Assembly: GCA_004431415.1 (NCBI GenBank)
Contig: QPMI01000244.1
Location: forward strand, 1 to 64,000
Length of the DNA: 64,000 bases
Reading direction: 5' to 3'
Origin: Cyanophora paradoxa CCMP329
Taxonomy: Eukaryota; Plantae; Glaucophyta
Positions 63,789 through 64,000 of this stretch are shown piece by piece. Made by a program: the position numbers and the translations under genes. The notes under the pieces were generated by a model. That model worked only from the letters and a program-made list of their open reading frames with translations. It did no database searches and was not told where the DNA came from. Every line of letters begins with the position of its first letter. Positions within the stretch are counted from its first letter, which is position 1.

Positions 63789-63990
63789 GAGCTGGAGCTC
63801 CAGGTGAGATCTAGGGGGAAATATATATTCCCCCCTAGATCTAACCTCGAGCTCGAGCTCGAGCGACCAATATATTATATATATTTCCCCCCTAGATCTC
63901 ACCTCGAGCTCGAGCTCCGGCGACCAATACATATATATTCCCCCCTAGATCTCACCTCGAGCTCGAGCTCCACTGACGAATATATGGCGG
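63789..63990. repeat. Fold-back palindrome followed by ~55-60 bp tandem repeats (ATATATTCCCCCCTAGATCTCACCTCGAGCTCGAGCTC)
   Basis: 63789-63860 is a near-perfect inverted repeat centred on AATATATATT; its right arm is repeated about 3 times. Confidence 0.8.
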
Positions 63991-64000
63991 CGATCGCAAT

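Overview
Very GC-rich, intron-dense eukaryotic nuclear DNA. The likely source is a glaucophyte alga such as Cyanophora (inference: a spliced nuclear atpI with an MAF-type plastid transit peptide). Positions 1-51.6 kb hold about 17 compact genes, mostly in head-to-head pairs, with short introns that often use GC donors. They encode a RING-v E3, an SDR, an F-box/LRR protein, plastid DUF3119, an LRR-Roc-COR (Roco) protein, a type-I membrane protein with two carbonic-anhydrase-like (CxDGR..H..GC) domains, a START-like protein, a large subtilase, a secreted Cys/Thr/Pro-rich protein, an S9 peptidase, an RMI1/TDRD3-like protein, a repeat protein, CARNMT1-like, a bacterial-type host-attachment/baeRF1 protein, FOPNL/CEP20, a small membrane protein, AtpI and a virus-type PD-(D/E)xK nuclease. 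A hAT-type MITE carrying a nested tRNA-derived SINE sits at 20.0-20.7 kb. From 51.7 kb to the end is a gene-free block of ~149-bp-periodic monomers in 1.3-1.5 kb higher-order units. That block is interrupted by a 5.2-kb element with identical ~108-bp terminal direct repeats, a gag-like ORF, no recognisable pol, and unusual hairpin-marked AACA|TGTTG junctions. Gene models were spliced by eye, so internal exon boundaries and some ends are approximate. Most long Pro/Arg/Gly/Ala ORFs in the supplied track are GC artefacts.
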